A stretch of 64,000 nt of DNA, taken from contig JBJMGV010000116.1 in assembly GCA_045807725.1 (NCBI GenBank), positions 4,357 to 68,356 of the forward strand, written 5' to 3'. Under the pieces are notes generated by a model. The model was not told the DNA's origin. It was given only the letters and a program-made list of their open reading frames with translations, and searched no databases. The stretch is from Blastocatellia bacterium (GTDB lineage: Bacteria > Acidobacteriota > Blastocatellia > UBA7656). Shown here piece after piece: positions 9,283-17,738 of the stretch. Each line of letters opens with the position of its first letter. The stretch's first letter is position 1. The position numbers were made by a program, and so were the translations under genes.

Positions 9283-11652
9283 TTACTTCTTCTGGCGGTT
9301 GGCGTCGCGCATCTTCGTGAGTCGCGTCAGTTCTTCCTGGTAGCGAGTGATCTCGTCGGGGGAAAGCTGGGTGCGGCTCAAGGCGATGTATTTCGTCAGG
9401 TGGTCAACCGCCGGCACGTACTTCTGGTTGCTGGCGTAAGCCTGCGTTAAGGTCAGGTGCGCTTCCGGCAATTCTTTGAGCTTCAGCGCCGCTTCGCCGT
9501 CGTCTATCGCCCGTGCCATATCGCCTTTCAGGAAGTTGATCAGCGCGCTGGTTTCGAGCACCAGCGGCAGGCGCGTCTTGTCGTTCTTTGAATAATCGCG
9601 CGCCGCGTTGATGCTGGTCAGCGCCAGTCCTAGCTCGCCTGCCGTATCCGTAGCGTCTTCGCTGTAATATATCTTACGCGCGATGGTCTTGGCCACCATA
9701 TGCTGCGCTTCGGCCAGCGCCAGCGTGTTGCGGAATCGGCCTCCGCCAAAAATCAAATGCGAAATAGATAATCCCTTCAGCGCCCGCGCTGACGAGACTT
9801 TCTTCTTCGACACCTGATCGAATAATGCCAGCGCCTCTTTCGCTTCTTGCACAGCGCGGTCGCGCTTCTCCTTTGAGTCTTGATAAGTCAACACGTCGGC
9901 CAGGATCAAGTGCGCCGGCGGCGACTTGGGGTTAATGCGGATCGATTTGGTCAGCAAACGCTCCGCGCCGACATAGTCTTTGCGGAACAGCAGCACGTCG
10001 GCCAACACAACGTAAGGAAAATCCCATTCGGGATGGCGCTTGATAATGCCGCGCAGCATCGGCTCGACTTCTGCCGGGTCGAGGTTGAGGTTGAACCTCG
10101 CTTCGGCCAGAAAGGCTTCGGTCTCGAAGTCCGTCTTGCGCAGCGCCAGCGCCTGCTGGAAGCTCGTCACCGCGTCGGCCTTGCGTCCGAGCGATTGTTC
10201 GGCCCGACCGCGATAGACGAACGCGTCGGCGTACGCGCCGTTGTTCTTCTTGATCGCCGAGTTGAGTTTTTGAATGGCCGCGTCCATCTCTTGCCGGTTG
10301 AACGCATCGACGCCGTCGAGAAAATCTTCGCGCGCCTCTTTCGTGGGCTGCTTGTCTTCGGCGAAGTAAACGCTATCGGTGCTTTCGGGCGGCGGCAGAA
10401 TCGCTTCATCGTTGCTCGTGCTGAAGGTGAGGTTGACTTCGACGAACTTCGACCTGCCGGGCTGCACGCTGGTGCGCCGCACTTGCCTGGCGTTGCCGAA
10501 GGAGAAGGCCAGCAAGCGGTCGCCGGTCGGTACGCGGCGCGTGATCTCGGCGCGGCGGCTGAGCACGCCCGACGGCTTGTTATCAATCGCCACGTTGACG
10601 CCTTCCATCTCAGGCGCGCGAATCACCAGCGAGCCGCAGTTGGCCGGGTCCGTGCAATCGGTCGGCACAATGGCGACGGGGATGTCGTTAGTCTCGATTG
10701 ATGTCGTGTTGCCGCCGGGGTTCTGTTTATTCTCGGTGTAAGCGGCGACCTTCTCGCGGACGTACTTCTTCAATTCGTCAAAGGTCACGACGCCGTCCAC
10801 ATTCTGATCGGCGTTGCCGCGCAAGCCTTCGAGCAGAAAATAAGTGAAGACGCCGTGGCCCTGCCCCTGTCCCTGGTTCAGCTCAGGGTCTTCGAGCGAC
10901 ACCTCGGTCTGGTCGGCGGCCCAGAGATAACCGACGCCCTGCGCCTCGCTCTTCTTCAGCTCCTCGATCAACTGGCTGTTGGCGCGCGTCGTCGCCTCGC
11001 CGCCGCGACCCGCGAGTTGCACGCCGGCGCTGTGACAGGTATCGGTGAGCACCAGTCCTTTGCGCGCAGGGATCGTCCGCACGGCATCTTCAAAGGCTCG
11101 CATCGGCAATCCGGTTGCCGACAACTGGCGCGGGTCGGTGTCGTAGAGAATGAAGTAAGGTGTCTCGATATTGCGCCCCAGCTTGGTGTCGAACTGCGGC
11201 GCGAGCACGCCGTGCGCGGCGATGAAGATGACGAAGAAATCATCCGGCTTCGACTGGCGCAAGCGGGCGAGCGCCTGCTCAACGGAATCCTTCGTTGCCG
11301 TCTCATCTTTGAATAACAGGATGCGGTCTTCCGAGAAGCCGCCGCCTTCGTCGCTGCGCAAGTAATCATAGATGGCTTGCGCGTCATCGGCGGCGCTCTT
11401 AAGGTTCTGTATCTGCATACCGCCGACGTTCTGGTCGCCGTTCTTGAAACGCGAGATGCCGATCAGCACGGCCCACAGGTTGACGTTCTTGGCCACGCCG
11501 CTTTTCAGCTCGGTCTTGGTTGCGCCGACCTTTACTTTCAGGCCGCGTTCTTGAAGCTCTTGCGCGCGTAGCTGCGAAGCAAAAGGAATGGCGAACAGTG
11601 AAACCGTCGTCAGCACGGTGAGGGCGTTGCGAAACGAAGCGGGTTTATTCAT
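9283..11652 (-). CDS. Exported caspase-family (peptidase C14) protein with PEGA-like and TPR domains
   Basis: Signal peptide; 'WAVLIGISRF', His in 'IAAHG', Cys in 'TDTCHSAG', 'HGVFTYFLLEGLRG.AD..DG.VT'; C-terminal TPR-like helices. Confidence 0.88.
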   Translation of the reverse strand: MNKPASFRNALTVLTTVSLFAIPFASQLRAQELQERGLKVKVGATKTELKSGVAKNVNLWAVLIGISRFKNGDQNVGGMQIQNLKSAADDAQAIYDYLRSDEGGGFSEDRILLFKDETATKDSVEQALARLRQSKPDDFFVIFIAAHGVLAPQFDTKLGRNIETPYFILYDTDPRQLSATGLPMRAFEDAVRTIPARKGLVLTDTCHSAGVQLAGRGGEATTRANSQLIEELKKSEAQGVGYLWAADQTEVSLEDPELNQGQGQGHGVFTYFLLEGLRGNADQNVDGVVTFDELKKYVREKVAAYTENKQNPGGNTTSIETNDIPVAIVPTDCTDPANCGSLVIRAPEMEGVNVAIDNKPSGVLSRRAEITRRVPTGDRLLAFSFGNARQVRRTSVQPGRSKFVEVNLTFSTSNDEAILPPPESTDSVYFAEDKQPTKEAREDFLDGVDAFNRQEMDAAIQKLNSAIKKNNGAYADAFVYRGRAEQSLGRKADAVTSFQQALALRKTDFETEAFLAEARFNLNLDPAEVEPMLRGIIKRHPEWDFPYVVLADVLLFRKDYVGAERLLTKSIRINPKSPPAHLILADVLTYQDSKEKRDRAVQEAKEALALFDQVSKKKVSSARALKGLSISHLIFGGGRFRNTLALAEAQHMVAKTIARKIYYSEDATDTAGELGLALTSINAARDYSKNDKTRLPLVLETSALINFLKGDMARAIDDGEAALKLKELPEAHLTLTQAYASNQKYVPAVDHLTKYIALSRTQLSPDEITRYQEELTRLTKMRDANRQKK

Positions 11653-11672
11653 AGGTCAATCTCTCAGCGACA

Positions 11673-11838
11673 GAGTCAGGATACAGGATTCAGGATACAG
11701 AATTCTTTAGCGCAAGATGCGCTGTCGCGCGGCGCGGATTCAGTTAGTGAATCAAATGCGAAAGGTCATCGCTAATCGGACTGCTTGCGGTTGGCGCAGC
11801 CACCCTGAATCCTGACTCCTGACTCCTGTATCCTGATT
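11673..11838. repeat. Inverted heptamer tandem repeats (CAGGAT(A/T) ... TCCTGAC/TCCTGTA)
   Basis: Arms at about 11673-11705 and 11805-11838. Confidence 0.75.
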
Positions 11839-11840
11839 TC

Positions 11841-12842
11841 CTATGGCTTGATGACGGGCGGCGGCACGGGCGTAATCGGCGTGCTGCCGCCGTTGTTGGC
11901 GACGGCCAGGCCGATGCCTACGCCCGCGCCGACCGCAGCGCCGGCAATGATGGCCGTGTTGCGCGCCGTCCAGAATCCGTTGCCGCCGCTCACCTGCGCG
12001 CGATAGGTGAACGTATTATCCGTGCCTTCGACGCGCACCAGTATGGTGTCGGCGCATTTCGCCGCGCCGGTGATCCAGGGCACGCTGGCGATGCCGCGCT
12101 TGTCAGTCTTGGCTTTGAACAGCGAGCCGGCAGCGAGGCCGACGCCGAGCGAGCCGAGACAGGGATTGGCGAGCGAGAAGAGAATAGGCAGATCAGGCAC
12201 AGGGTGGTCGTTCTCGTCAGTGACTTGAATCTGCAACTGCCGCGTGCTGCGCGAAGAGACGCTCAGGCTGCTGCCCTGTCCGGCGGGCGGTCGCAGAATG
12301 TAACGCTGACCACTAACCGGCTGCTGTTCGACGGTTACGTTGCCCGCGATGGTATCGAGCGCCGCGCGGCCTTCGGCAACTTGAACGCGGAACTCTGCGC
12401 CGGGCGCGGCGGATAGCTGTGAGCCGGCGGCTTCGACGTAGGCTCCCGCGTCCGCCGCGAGCCGCACGTTCAGGCTGCCGCTCAACAGCGACGCGACGAG
12501 GATATTGCGGGCCGCTTCTTCGTTGCTGCCCGTCGCCGTGCTCAAGCGGGCGACGGCGTTGCCGGCGAGCGTGACAAATCCAACGCCGTCAACCGACACG
12601 CGCAGGCTGTCGCCGGCTGCCGCTTGAATCACTTCGCCGCCCCAGATCGGTGCGTAGCCAGCGAAGGCGCGGCCATCAATCGTCGCGCGACCGGCCATCG
12701 AGCCGATGGGGCTGAAGCGCGCCGTCGTCGAGAGCCTCACCGGGCGGTCGCCTTTGTCGCTTGCGGCGGCAGCGATTTGTAATCCAGGCCACGCTCCCAG
12801 CATCATCACGATTAACAGGATTGCGGTATGACGTTGTTTCAT
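11841..12842 (-). CDS. Exported protein: FecR-like beta domain + Big_1/invasin-like Ig domain + C-terminal Gly-rich hydrophobic segment
   Basis: Signal peptide; GAGGAGG RBS; 'QVTDENDHPVPDLPILF..KTDKRGIASV'; 'AIIAGAAVGAGVGIGLAVA'. Confidence 0.6.
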   Translation of the reverse strand: MKQRHTAILLIVMMLGAWPGLQIAAAASDKGDRPVRLSTTARFSPIGSMAGRATIDGRAFAGYAPIWGGEVIQAAAGDSLRVSVDGVGFVTLAGNAVARLSTATGSNEEAARNILVASLLSGSLNVRLAADAGAYVEAAGSQLSAAPGAEFRVQVAEGRAALDTIAGNVTVEQQPVSGQRYILRPPAGQGSSLSVSSRSTRQLQIQVTDENDHPVPDLPILFSLANPCLGSLGVGLAAGSLFKAKTDKRGIASVPWITGAAKCADTILVRVEGTDNTFTYRAQVSGGNGFWTARNTAIIAGAAVGAGVGIGLAVANNGGSTPITPVPPPVIKP

Positions 12843-12879
12843 TGATTCCTCCTCAAGGTTGCTTGCTGCGCTCGGCTGC

Positions 12880-15800
12880 TTATGGCCGGCGCGGATTCAC
12901 CCACACAGGCGGCGGCAGGACCGATAAGAACCGTTGACGCGATGCGGCCTGCACCACCGCGCTTGACGACAAGTCGAGCGGCACAATGGGCGATGTCACG
13001 CTCGTCTCGCTGTCGGTGACGGTGACGCGGACGGCGACGACGTTGCGGTTGCTGCTCGCGCCGGTGAAGCGCTGCGTCACGGTGAAGCTCTGCCCGCGCG
13101 TCAGATTGCGGTCGCGGATGGTCGCCGCCAAGTCTACATCAAACGGCCCGGCGATGACTGTGCCGCCTGCGTCAAGGAACTCATAGCGGGCGCGGCTGAC
13201 ATCGTTGTTCGCGTCATAAACGGCGAAGGTCACGGTGAACTCGTCGCCCGATTTCGTGAAGGAGAGCATCGCCGGTTTCTTCGGGTTGTTGGCATTGATC
13301 AAGCGCACGTCAGTCTCAACCAGCGCATTGACGTTGACCGAAAGCGTCGAGCCGCCCGTCACACGGAAGACCACGCGCGAGGCGATCTGGTCGGGTATGG
13401 CTTGCGACGCGCTCAACTGCGTCGTGCCGCCGGCCACAGCGGGCACTGTGGGAGTGAAACGCAGACAGAAGCTGACGCGGCCACTCACAGGAATGGTGAT
13501 GACGCCGTTGATGTCGAGCGGCGTGTCGGCCCCATTCGCGTTGACGATGCTCAATGAATAAAGGTCGCCTTCTCGCGGATCACTGATGTGACCGTTGCCC
13601 ACATCGCTGCCGATTCGCACGATGGAATCGAGCGTCAGGTTGAGCGGATTGAAGCTGCGGTTGACGATGGTGAAGGCCGCGCAAGGGCCGGTGGCGCGGT
13701 TCTTGTTCTTACGCGGAACGGGGACCGGCTGGTCTGTGCCGAACTCAAGCGATGAGTGGCCTGTCGGGATGATGACTTCGATGTTGGTCGGGCCGCCGGT
13801 GAGCGAGACGCTGAATCCGCAGGTGGCGCGATTGCCGCTCACATCCGTAGCGACACAGATCACGGTCGAGACGCCGAGCGGAAAGGTTGACCCAGACGGC
13901 GGCGCGCAGGTCACGACGACGCCCGGTTGATTGTCGGTCGCGGTTGGCGGCGGATAGTTGATGACTGCCGAGCTTTGCGTGGCCGGCAATTCCCTTGCGA
14001 TGTTCTGCGGGCAGTTTATCACCGGCGCGTCGGCATCATTGACCGTCACCGTGAACGAACAGTTCGACGTGTTGCCGGCCAGGTCGCGCGCCGTGCAGTT
14101 GATCGTCGCCGTGCCGAGCGCGAAGGTTGAGCCGGAAGGCGGCAAACAGACTACATCAACGACGCCGCACGCATCGGTTGCCGTCGCCGGAACATAATTC
14201 ACTACGGCGGTTGTCTTGCCCCTGTCGGTTGCGACCGTGAGGGGGAACGGGCAGGTGATGGCCGGCGGCGTGTTATCAACGACGGTGATCGTGAATGAAC
14301 AGCTCGGCGCGCCGGACGCTGAACAAGTGACGGTGGTCGTGCCGACCGTGAAGACTGTGCCCGGCGGCGGCGCGCATGTCACCTGGCATGCAGCAGCCGA
14401 TGGAACCGGGTAATTGATCGTGTTGCCGCATTGCGCGGCGCTGCTGTTGGCGGTGATGTTCTGCGGACAGATGAACGCGCATGTCGCGGCAGCCACCGGA
14501 ATCATCACATTACCGGAGTTGTTCGATGTGTCGGGGTCGGACGTACTCGATTCCACATTGACCATGAAGCTAATCGTTGTTCCAATCGGCGTGGACGGAT
14601 CGACGGTGACGACGAGAGTGAATTCAGCAATTTCACCCGGCAACATCGCCGACGTTGTGCAGGTGATCGTTCCCGTGCCGCCGATGTTGGGCGTCGAGCA
14701 ATTCCAGCCCGGCGGGGCCATCAACGACTTGAAGGTTGTGTGAGCCGGGATGGCGTCAGTCAGTGTAACGTTGACCGCATTGTTGGGGCCGCCATTTACG
14801 ATCTGCATGCCTAACTCAAGATCGCTGCCGGCAGGGACGGGGTCCGGCAAGCCGCCTACTTCAATGGAGAGGTTGGCGGTCGCGGTCGTGACCGTGATGC
14901 ACGGCGAGAACTCTGACGTGTCGCCTGTGCTGCTGATCGCGGTTGCGGTGATTACTTCGCCCGCCGCCACGGCGACCGATAGCGTCGCGCTGAAGTTGCG
15001 CGTGCAAGATGCGGTAGTTGTCACGCTAGTCGAGCCGATGAAGGTGCGGCCTTCGCCATTGCCCGACGCATCGCAGGTCGCATTCGAGAAGAATTCAACG
15101 GTGAAGGTCGCGCCCGGCTCGCTGTCGAGCGTCCCCTGCACGACCGTTTGCCCGCCGCCGCTGCTGGCAGAAGTCAGCACAGGGAAATTCTGCAAGTTGT
15201 TCGGCCCGGTGTCGGCGTCGCAGTTATCATTCGGCGTCACCATGTCGTCGCTCAGGTTGATGCCGAGTCCGCCGTTCGAGAAGATTGAGTTGCCGGAGAT
15301 GGCGTTACCAGTAGAGCTACTGCTGACGATGGAAACACCAGCGTTCAGATTAAAGGCGATGGTGTTGCCCGCGCCCGTGCTCTCGCCCCCGATGGTTATT
15401 CCAGCCGCGTTGAGGCTTAACACAATGCCGTCGTCGTTCTGTAGCGCGCCCGTGCCGGCGGCATTGGTGCCGATCAAGTTTCCCTGTATTAGCGTCCCCG
15501 TTACGCCGTTAGTCAGAAAGATGCCGCTGCCATTATTACCTGAGATCAGATTGCCAGAGCCGGGCGTCACACCGCCGATGGTATTGTTCATCGCCTGACT
15601 GATGCCGACTCCTTGATCTCCATTGGGAAGGGCAGCGTTGCCGCTGACAGTGGTGCCGATCTTGTTACCCCGCACGACATTGCCCGTCGCATCGAAGGCG
15701 ATATCGACGCCCGGGCCGGTGTTGCCCGACAGCAGGTTGCCCGCGCCGCTGGTCGTGCCGCCGATCTGGTTGTTTAACGTTACGACGGAGACGCCGCTGC

Positions 15801-17640
15801 CGTTTGGTATGGCCGCCGTGCCGCTGGCGTTCGTGCCGATAAAGTTGCCGATGATGATGTTGTTGTTGCTGCCGTCATCGCTGATAAAGATGCCGGCTCC
15901 CGGGAAGCCATTAATCACTAGCCCGCTCACCACCGAGTTGCTGGCTTGAAGGTCTAAGCCAGCCCCGCTAGCGCTTATGGCGCTGATTTGAATGAGCGGC
16001 GAGCCGCTGAAGCCGGGCTGTGTCGTCCCGTCAATCGTCACCGGCTCGGTGATGGTCGGCAGGGTCGGGCTCACTACAATCGTTTGCAGCCCGGTGCCGA
16101 TGCTGAACTGAATGGTGTCTGCGCTCACCGTCGCGTTGGCGTCTACGATGGCCTGCCGCAGTGTGCCTGTGCCCGCGCCCGGCATCGGATCGACGCCGCC
16201 GTTGTCGCCGGTATTGGTCACGGTCAAGATTGCGGCTGGCGCGCTGGTTAGAATCGTCGGGGCGCTATCGCCGCGCCGCAAGACGACAATGTCATCAAGC
16301 GCGTCCGTGTTCAAGCGCATAGGCAATGCCGCGACCGCTTCGCCTTCGACCTCGAAATCAACCGCCATCGGATGAGCAGCCTGCGCTGCACTCTGCTTCG
16401 CCGTCGCGGTTTCGATGACGCGCATCTGACGACCCGTGGCGTCAAGCAAGAGCAGATCGTCCGCGCGCAGGCTGGACAGATGGGCCATCTGCAAACGCGT
16501 AGCGCCCGGCTGCGCCGATGACGATAGTTTCTTGATCGTCCATTGTGGCGCGCGCTGTTTAGCCTTGCCGTTCGGATTTCGCATTTTGGCGCGCAGCACA
16601 TAGACCGCGCCGTCTTCGGCCAACAACCCGACCGCAGCACTCCGGCCTTGGCCAAAGCGCCCCGCCGTGATCGAGTTGATATTGAATGCGAAATCGCGTC
16701 GGCCCGTCACAGCTTGCTTAATCACATTCGTCGGTGCGCCTGTCGCTAGCTCGCGGTCTCTGCCGCAAAGCAAGATCAGGCTGCGGCCACTGGCGATGGC
16801 GATGTCCGCATAAGCATCATCATCAAAGTGGCCAACCGCAAAGTCTGTCGCGGCAGCCGGCAGCGCGAAAGATTCGGGTATCGCATCAAGCGCGCCACGA
16901 TGATCTGCAAAGATCAGCGCGCGTGGACTGTCGCCTTCCATCACGCCGACGAGCAAGTCCGTGAGTCCATCAGCGCGGTTGACATCGCCTGCGGCCAAGG
17001 CCGTCACCGCGCCCGGCAAGCCCATCTCTTTCGTTGCGCCAAAGCCGCCCTGCCCGTCGCCGATCATCACGTAAAGCGAGCGACTGGCGCGTGCCGTGAT
17101 GACGAGATCGACGTGACCGTCGCCATTGACATCGCCGGCAATGACGAACTCGCCGGCAATGGGCGCGGCGAACAGGCGTGCCGGCGCGAGAAACGGCGCG
17201 TCGGTGAATGTTCCCTGTGCGCGGCGCTGGTTGGCTTCTGCGGCGTGCGGATGCAGCGCGTCTACGTTGCCGCGATAGACAGCGATTAGCGGCCCGCGCG
17301 GTGAATCGTAAGTGCAAATCAGATCGGCGACGCCGTCTTCATCCAGGTCCGCCGAAGCTAGAGCCAACGGTCTCAGCGCGCTTGCCGGTGACGCCATCAG
17401 CGAAACGGATTCGGCCTCGCCCTCGAAAGAGGTCAACAACGAATGGCCATCCGTGAGGTTGAGAAAAGGGAAGCCGCGTCGCGCCGCGTGAATCGCGGTC
17501 GTATCGCTCAATCGGGCGCGAGCGACAGCGGTTTTCTGTACGGCGCTAGCGGCAACGCGAGACTTCGCCAACCACCAGCCGCCGCCGAGCGCCACGACCA
17601 GCGCGAACATCATAGCGATGCGATAAAACGCCTTGCTCAC
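12880..17640 (-). CDS. Giant surface protein: FG-GAP-like repeats, parallel beta-helix, DUF11, HYR repeats, shared C-terminal domain
   Basis: 'DLDEDGVADL','GDVNGDGHVDL'; 'GTLRQAIVDAN'; 'GNFIGTNASG' repeats; 'NGGPNNAVNVTLTD'; 'PPSGSTFPLG.TV.C.ATD..GN..C.F'; GAGGAG RBS before GTG 17640. Confidence 0.85.
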   Translation of the reverse strand: MSKAFYRIAMMFALVVALGGGWWLAKSRVAASAVQKTAVARARLSDTTAIHAARRGFPFLNLTDGHSLLTSFEGEAESVSLMASPASALRPLALASADLDEDGVADLICTYDSPRGPLIAVYRGNVDALHPHAAEANQRRAQGTFTDAPFLAPARLFAAPIAGEFVIAGDVNGDGHVDLVITARASRSLYVMIGDGQGGFGATKEMGLPGAVTALAAGDVNRADGLTDLLVGVMEGDSPRALIFADHRGALDAIPESFALPAAATDFAVGHFDDDAYADIAIASGRSLILLCGRDRELATGAPTNVIKQAVTGRRDFAFNINSITAGRFGQGRSAAVGLLAEDGAVYVLRAKMRNPNGKAKQRAPQWTIKKLSSSAQPGATRLQMAHLSSLRADDLLLLDATGRQMRVIETATAKQSAAQAAHPMAVDFEVEGEAVAALPMRLNTDALDDIVVLRRGDSAPTILTSAPAAILTVTNTGDNGGVDPMPGAGTGTLRQAIVDANATVSADTIQFSIGTGLQTIVVSPTLPTITEPVTIDGTTQPGFSGSPLIQISAISASGAGLDLQASNSVVSGLVINGFPGAGIFISDDGSNNNIIIGNFIGTNASGTAAIPNGSGVSVVTLNNQIGGTTSGAGNLLSGNTGPGVDIAFDATGNVVRGNKIGTTVSGNAALPNGDQGVGISQAMNNTIGGVTPGSGNLISGNNGSGIFLTNGVTGTLIQGNLIGTNAAGTGALQNDDGIVLSLNAAGITIGGESTGAGNTIAFNLNAGVSIVSSSSTGNAISGNSIFSNGGLGINLSDDMVTPNDNCDADTGPNNLQNFPVLTSASSGGGQTVVQGTLDSEPGATFTVEFFSNATCDASGNGEGRTFIGSTSVTTTASCTRNFSATLSVAVAAGEVITATAISSTGDTSEFSPCITVTTATANLSIEVGGLPDPVPAGSDLELGMQIVNGGPNNAVNVTLTDAIPAHTTFKSLMAPPGWNCSTPNIGGTGTITCTTSAMLPGEIAEFTLVVTVDPSTPIGTTISFMVNVESSTSDPDTSNNSGNVMIPVAAATCAFICPQNITANSSAAQCGNTINYPVPSAAACQVTCAPPPGTVFTVGTTTVTCSASGAPSCSFTITVVDNTPPAITCPFPLTVATDRGKTTAVVNYVPATATDACGVVDVVCLPPSGSTFALGTATINCTARDLAGNTSNCSFTVTVNDADAPVINCPQNIARELPATQSSAVINYPPPTATDNQPGVVVTCAPPSGSTFPLGVSTVICVATDVSGNRATCGFSVSLTGGPTNIEVIIPTGHSSLEFGTDQPVPVPRKNKNRATGPCAAFTIVNRSFNPLNLTLDSIVRIGSDVGNGHISDPREGDLYSLSIVNANGADTPLDINGVITIPVSGRVSFCLRFTPTVPAVAGGTTQLSASQAIPDQIASRVVFRVTGGSTLSVNVNALVETDVRLINANNPKKPAMLSFTKSGDEFTVTFAVYDANNDVSRARYEFLDAGGTVIAGPFDVDLAATIRDRNLTRGQSFTVTQRFTGASSNRNVVAVRVTVTDSETSVTSPIVPLDLSSSAVVQAASRQRFLSVLPPPVWVNPRRP

Positions 17641-17738
17641 GGTGTACTCCTCTGCGACGCGTTGAATGATATTTCGTGTAGAGGCAGAAACAACCCGCTG
17701 CTTCCACAATGTAATGAAGGCTACCTGAGATTAGACCT

